From assembly GCA_973851085.1 (NCBI GenBank), contig OZ316775.1, positions 8,246,001 through 8,310,000 of the forward strand: a stretch of DNA of 64,000 nucleotides. Direction: 5' to 3'. The stretch is from Ptychomitrium polyphyllum. Its lineage: Eukaryota. The position numbers and the translations under genes were made by a program. Position 1 is the stretch's first letter. Each line of letters begins with the position of its first letter. Of this stretch, positions 58,001 through 64,000 are shown one piece after another. A model generated the notes under the pieces. It searched no databases, had not been told where the DNA came from, and worked only from the letters and a program-made list of their open reading frames with translations.

Positions 58001-59155
58001 TGTGCAAGGTAAGCCAAGAGATGTTTTGGAGATGGTTTGGAGATGCAACCTATGGATTGCACGTTTTGAAAGCACAAAGGTTTTTAAATAGTAAGGGAGA
58101 CCACGTTGGATTGAATGGACCCTCTACCCTTGAGTCCTTGGTGGACCTACAGCCAGTTCTGAAGTGTGGTCTGGTCTTAGTAAAACATTAGACACTTCAA
58201 TTGTTTATCCGTCGTTCAAAGTCATGCATGTGGGATCACGCATCTACTTGAGATTTCTCAAGTCAAGAGGACGAACTCACCAACAGCTGCAACGAGTGAG
58301 AACTCTTCGAACCTAGTGGACACCCGGCGAAAGACAGAAGGGGTAACAGAAAGGGAGACGCAAGTGCAGGAATGCATTCATGGTGCTCTGCCTGTGAGGC
58401 AGTGCGTGAGAAGAGTTGCTGGCGCTGCGGCGGTACTGCGTGACGACATTCGCCGAAGCCGCTGTGAAGGCTCTGCATAGGACGACGGAGGAGGAACGGA
58501 AGCAGCTTCCAAGACGCCGCCGTGGCATGGGGCCAGCGAACAACCAAGGAAAGGAGTTGAGGAAATGCAGGAACGAAGCGACAGTGGCAGTCGCTGGCAC
58601 GTAGGGTGACGGCATGAAAGGACACTAGGGAGTCCGTCTTGTGACGAGTCTGTGTGGCTCTCCACATTTCCCACCATTTCCCATCACACATAGCAGGCCC
58701 AATGCGGCCGCTGTGCAGGCCTCCATGCCACGCCGATGTTTCTGTGCATGTGTCCGTGGCTCTCACATGCCGAGGTCGCCGTTTTAGGGCTGCATGGATG
58801 GAGATGTGAGGCGGGTTTCGTCAGCCTCTGAACGTTTTTCAACTTGGCTGAGGAGTTCGGAATTGGAAATGTTTCTGCTCTTCTGTTACTGATGCCGTGC
58901 ATGGGTCTCATATGTGGAGGTGAGCATTGTCGGGTGGCATTCTTCGAGCTTCGAGGTAGTTTGTGGAAACTTTTTTCTACTTCGGAGTGGTCATGTTCGA
59001 TATGGGCTGAGGACTTCGAAATTGGACGACTTCAACTCTTCTGTCACTAAAGCAGTGCATGTGTGTATGGGTTTTAGATGTGAAAGTGGCGTTTTTAGGA
59101 CTGCATTCCTAGAAATCTGAGAGAGGTTGGGAGGTTTCTTTCGGGGGAGGTTGAC

Positions 59156-60100
59156 ATGGAGGGGATGAAGGGCAGGAAGGGGCAGAATGGGGAGGTAGGG
59201 GTTGTGGGAGATTGGAAGGCGGAGGTGACGGAAGGCGGGTCGTTGCAGAAGGTGGAGCTCTCGAATGAGGGGGTGCATGGATGGGCGTCGCCTCCGCCGG
59301 GGTTGTTCATGTGTCGTGGGCCGCATTATCTCCAGAAGAAGGTGAAGGTGCCGTGTTCGCAGTCGCTGCTGAAGTCCTTGGGTGTGGACTGGTTGAGGTC
59401 AAATGGGAAGCTGGAGCATGTGCTTGCGAATCCCAGAAACAGGGTGATGCAGGCGTTTAGGAATGCGAGTGGGGAACGGCGAAAGAAGTCATTCATATTG
59501 GCCGTCAATTTGCAGGTTCCGGGAAAGGAGCATCACAGTGCGGTTTTCTACTTCGTGACGGATGACTCTATTCCCGAGGGCTCTCTGCTGTATCGTTTCA
59601 TTCATGAGGATGATGCGTTTCGAAACAGCAGGTTTAAGCTGATTAACCGGATTGTGAAAGGGCCATGGATCGTGAGAGCAGCGGTAGGGAATCACGCCGC
59701 ATGTTTGTTGGGGAAAGCGCTCACATGCCGGTACATGAGAGGACATAACTATCTGGAAATTGATGTGGATATTGGATCGTCCACTGTTGCATATGCGATC
59801 TTGCATTTGGCTCTGGGGTATGTGACGAATGTATCTGTTGACATGGCCTTTCTCATTGAAAGTCAGACCGAGGAGGAGTTGCCGGAGAAGTTGCTAGGGG
59901 CTGTGCGAATTGCGCAGATAGAGATGGAGGCGGCTTCGTATTTGGAGGCTTACCAGGACGACAAGTCTGGGTCTGCCCATCAGCAGCCAGCACTCCAGAG
60001 TGGATTATCATGGCGCAAATTAGGAAAGAGTTTATCCAAACTCGGCAGCCATGGGAGTAAGAGTGGGAGACTCGTTGTAGAAGATGATCGAGGGAAGTAG
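59156..60100 (+). CDS. ENHANCED DISEASE RESISTANCE 2-like C-terminal domain protein (DUF1336), intronless
   Basis: 314-aa ORF with GWASPPPGLFMCRGPHYLQKKVKVP, LGVDWLRS, FILAVNLQVPG, DDAFRNSRFKLINRIVKGPWIV, YLEIDVDIGSS and EEELPEKLLGAVR. Confidence 0.95.
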   Translation: MEGMKGRKGQNGEVGVVGDWKAEVTEGGSLQKVELSNEGVHGWASPPPGLFMCRGPHYLQKKVKVPCSQSLLKSLGVDWLRSNGKLEHVLANPRNRVMQAFRNASGERRKKSFILAVNLQVPGKEHHSAVFYFVTDDSIPEGSLLYRFIHEDDAFRNSRFKLINRIVKGPWIVRAAVGNHAACLLGKALTCRYMRGHNYLEIDVDIGSSTVAYAILHLALGYVTNVSVDMAFLIESQTEEELPEKLLGAVRIAQIEMEAASYLEAYQDDKSGSAHQQPALQSGLSWRKLGKSLSKLGSHGSKSGRLVVEDDRGK

Positions 60101-62718
60101 GGCTCAACGTCCAGGAATCAAGTTGGTGACAGGCGGTGGTCACATTCTTTGAGAATCGAGGCGCTCTGCATGTTGGTGTAACTAAGATGGAGCACATAGA
60201 AATGGTCACTGTTCTGAGGCTCAATCACACAGGGTGGGCATTCTATAATGGCATTCCTAATTTTGTTGAACTATGCAACAACTTATTGTTTTAAAACGAG
60301 AAATCAATTATTTCTCAAGCTTCTGCATGTAAAGAGAACAGTTTAACACCTGTTCTGGTAGGGTGGAGATTTTAACATTCATTTTGTTGACACGGTAGAC
60401 TAGTAAGTGGACATAATTAATTTGTCCTGGGTGTCTGCATCTTGTATGATTTTGCTTCTGACAGTTTACTCACTGCTTTTACTTTTGCATATTGGATGCG
60501 TAGGGCAGCTACATTCTCTATGTCTGAAGGCGTATGAGCAGAAAGTTTAGGAGATACCGCATGTGTACTTAGCAGACTCCGTGACAGCGGAGCAGCGGAG
60601 CAGCAGGGGCAGGCCCTGGCTTCAGGTTACTGTCTAGAAGTGATACCTTCTGCCTTCGACATCTTGTAACATTTGTAATATTGACACTGAAGTCACAATT
60701 CTACGCTCTGATTTTACTATGGCTAATGAAAAGAGAAAGGTCATCAGATAGACCTTTTCTGAATAAAGACTAAAGCAAAATCATAACATGATTCCATTAG
60801 CCTTCTAGCAAGAATTATGATAACATCACAGCTATGTTTTCACCACAAATATGCTTGCCATTCTTTGAGACTGACTCAACATACTGTACACTGTACAGAT
60901 TCTGAGATGTAGTAGCGTAGTACGATAACCCAAAATTGAGCATTCAGGATCCTCGAATGTTCTCCTCAATTTTAAGATTAGTGGCCACGGGGTTACTTAT
61001 AGAACTCAAGAATGCATGCAAGCCCAATGTGGAACAATTCCTCCTTAGTTGAAGGCTAGTGGGTAAAGGGGCTGTAATCCCGGCTGGTTACCACCGGTAC
61101 TTGCTGTGCACTTCTCTTTTTTTTAAAAAGCCTGGACAAAAACACCCGGATGTAGATTTCACTGAATACGCCTCGTAATTACCAACAAACGACGGTTCAA
61201 AAAAACCATTTCTCATCAAAGCTTTTTACCACATTTCATGCTTCAAATCTCTGAGGAATGTGTCTCTTTTGTGTGACACCCCTAACGTGTAGGCGTTCTG
61301 CACTGCAAAGGACATCAAAAAGTTGTGTGTCAAAGAGTTCTAATACTTGAATGAATAAAGTGTTGTTACTTGTGTCCAAGGGGGAAGAAAACTTTTGGTA
61401 TTCACAGCAAGCATTACATTCCTGGAGAGATTAATCCTTGAAGTGGAATGTACAGTCCTAAATTACAAAGCGTGCAACTTCTTATTTTGTACCCATCGCC
61501 CTGCTGGAAAGCTAAAGATTGAAGGTTGTACACACGACAAGCATGGAGGAACCTACTACATTGTCTATTATGAGTAGGTCAAAACAACTTACGAGGCTTC
61601 ATTTCAGTGTTAAATGGCATGCTGGGACAATCAATTGGATTCTATATCTGCAGTCCGAAGTGCAAATTTGGAAATCGTACACTTAGTCATTTGCGTTTGT
61701 ACTACCTGTAATAGTTATAACGCTGGAGCGCAATCTGATCTGAAAACAAGTGGCCAGAGAAAATGAACTTCCCTAAACTCTGTAGACCTTAGAGTAAACT
61801 CGTGGTTTCTGTTCCAAAAATGGAAAAAACAAAAGATGCACTTGGATTCAAATACCTACTCCCGTATGACACACCACCATAGGCTTACTATCCAAGCATC
61901 ACCTTGCTATCACACAAGTATTACATGTGTATCACACAGGTATCGTATAGAATTGGATGGAGTGAACACCGGCAGACGTCTTGAGCGCCCTGGAAGCCAT
62001 ATATTCACCTGTTGAGTTAATGCAACGTTTAGTCCGTTTCAAATCAATCAAGCTTTCCACCATGAGAGCGCGTTAAAGCAAATACAGTCTAGTGAAATGT
62101 CGTCGATTATCAGTCTTTTGCTTGGTCGGAAACTGGCCTTTTAGAAATTTGGGTTAGTCTCCAGAATTTACAGGGAATCGGGACCACACTGATTGCTGGC
62201 CTTTTTAGAGGAAAGCGCCATCGTTGAGGATAGGCTCGAAACTTTGCAATTACTCAGAGTAGGCGGATTTGAACGTTTCGAAAAGATGAGCTTCGTCACA
62301 TTGTTTTCCTTTGAGCTTGAGGATGTAGCGGTGAACTCGGCATGGTCTTCTCGCATGACTTGAAGTATTGTAACAGATCTGCTGCTTACAAAAGCGGCAC
62401 ATGTTCTAGATTCCCGTGGCATGAATCTGGTCAAGTATGCATGAGTGTTTGTACCGTTATTAGATAGCACCTGCCTCCCTCCCATTTATGCACGTCGGCG
62501 TTCATGCAGCCGAAGGTACAAAGATAGTGGCTGAACCGATGGGAGGGAGTTTCGGGCTGAAGTTAGAGCGCAACTAGGTGCACTCGCTGGTTAGATACAT
62601 GCAACTGTTGCCGGCGGTACATGTGGGCGCAGTGGCGACCTTAGCATGAGCTTGGCATTAATGGTATGATTATCACTGATTGATGTGTTTTCGTTGTGGT
62701 TGAGCTCCGCGAGTCGAA

Positions 62719-63024
62719 ATGTCGTTCTCCGGGAAGGAGTACAGCCTCCTAGCTGTTTCCATGTGCAAGACTACAGAGGAGAGGATACGGGACGAGAGGA
62801 AGCTCAGTAGTGGCACACCTACTAGTCTAGCTAGGAAGATGGCAAAGAAGATTGCTTCGATGCTGAGGTCGCGCTCTTGGAGCTCACAGCGGCAGTCGAC
62901 ACTTGCTTTCAACTACTCGACTTATTCAGATTGTGAAGAGTCTCATTACAAGTACTTCTCGAGCGATTCGCAGCGGTTCTGTCCAGATATTAGCACTTCA
63001 TATCGTTCATCGAGTGTTTCCTAG
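62719..63024 (+). CDS. Candidate small Ser/Arg-rich protein (101 aa), unknown function
   Basis: ATG-initiated single ORF in GC-moderate sequence. It has a basic amphipathic segment (RKMAKKIASMLRSRSW) followed by FNYSTY..YKYFSSDSQRF. Confidence 0.4.
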   Translation: MSFSGKEYSLLAVSMCKTTEERIRDERKLSSGTPTSLARKMAKKIASMLRSRSWSSQRQSTLAFNYSTYSDCEESHYKYFSSDSQRFCPDISTSYRSSSVS

Positions 63025-64000
63025 CACGAGGTGCGACTCTTTCTTCACTGTTTAACTGTTGAGCATCTCTGCTTAGTGCATGCTCTATTTCAGTGGTACT
63101 TATATGCATTCCGAGATAGTTCGCGTTGCGGCAGCTTGACTAGGAGTCTTATGCTTCGCCTACTTTTGGCTTTACTACTCCGTTCGCATATGAAGGTCAG
63201 ATTTGTTAGATATACATCTGTCCTTTGAAACTACCCATTCCAAGCACCACGGTCTATTGATTCTCTGAGCATGACTTGGTAGAGTGAAGATTCGTAGATA
63301 CAGCTGTCGTCGCTCACACTGTAAAGTGTGATCGCCATTTTTGCACGTAATTTAGGTTATGACCGCAATATTCTTCAGAATAATAGAATTCTGGGAAATA
63401 TTTTTTAGATGTGTTGGAAATAAACACTTAGTTATTTGTTGAAGCGACAGATGTATTCAAAATTCGGCTGCAAATTTGCTCCTTTTGAATATAACACATG
63501 CATTTGTATCAAGCAGATCTCAAGAAACAAAATCATAGAATCATTTTATTGGATCTGGCATATTACTCGGCATGCTCCTTCAAATTTCTGCTCCAACACC
63601 GGGATCTACTATTTCTTAATCATTGGTCCTTCGCGGCAGGCATACGACAAGATCCGCGGTGTATAGTACGAGATGCAGCACAATCACGAAGAAGCGATTC
63701 TGGACTTAAAGTGCTAGAGCATGCTGCTTCTGAGAACTGATGTGTCCCCTGTGTTTTATCAAGGAGGAGTTGTCTTGGATGGGGAGTTGTCTGTTTCCTG
63801 ATGCATCAGGATACAGTATGAAGATGACACAACTTTAACTATCCTTTCTCCATATTACAAGAAAGAAATTTTCTCTAGAAACTGGTGAAGAGATGTTGGA
63901 GTTGCAGAGGACTCAAGACTACACCATGGGATATTGTGGGTCCATTAGCGGAGTACCTAGTTTTTTAGCTTATTGAACGGATAAGCACTCTTAGCAGTAG

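Noticed and set aside
58263..58766. 167-aa minus-strand ORF and neighbours
   Set aside because: GC-rich promoter/5' region of the DUF1336 gene with several overlapping motif-free ORFs.

Overview
This is eukaryotic, intron-rich land-plant DNA. A moss or other bryophyte is inferred from gene content, intron style and AT-rich intergenic blocks. In order, the window holds: a ~4.3 kb AT-rich TE-like relic; an 8-exon fungal UapA/UapC-type nucleobase (xanthine/uric acid) permease (-); nicalin (-) head-to-head with an intronless plastid [2Fe-2S] ferredoxin (+); an At3g27390-like membrane protein (-); a ZNF474-like C2HC zinc-finger gene (-); a PMT/DUF248 Golgi methyltransferase (-); ITPK4 (-) head-to-head with an RlmH SPOUT methyltransferase (+); a decayed proteasome alpha-2 gene (-); a TMEM230-like gene (-); a second ~4.2 kb AT-rich relic; an intronless EDR2-C/DUF1336 gene (+); and a candidate small ORF. 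The most notable items are the fungal-type permease (Cys-rich loops, obligatory GC-AG intron), the proteasome pseudogene (in-frame TAG, lost exon 2, 24-bp hairpin abutting a 3' splice site) and the possibly cilium-related zinc-finger gene. I found no tRNA, rRNA, CRISPR array or intact transposon ORF, and no clearly new multi-gene system can be proven from the sequence alone. All exon boundaries were read by eye.
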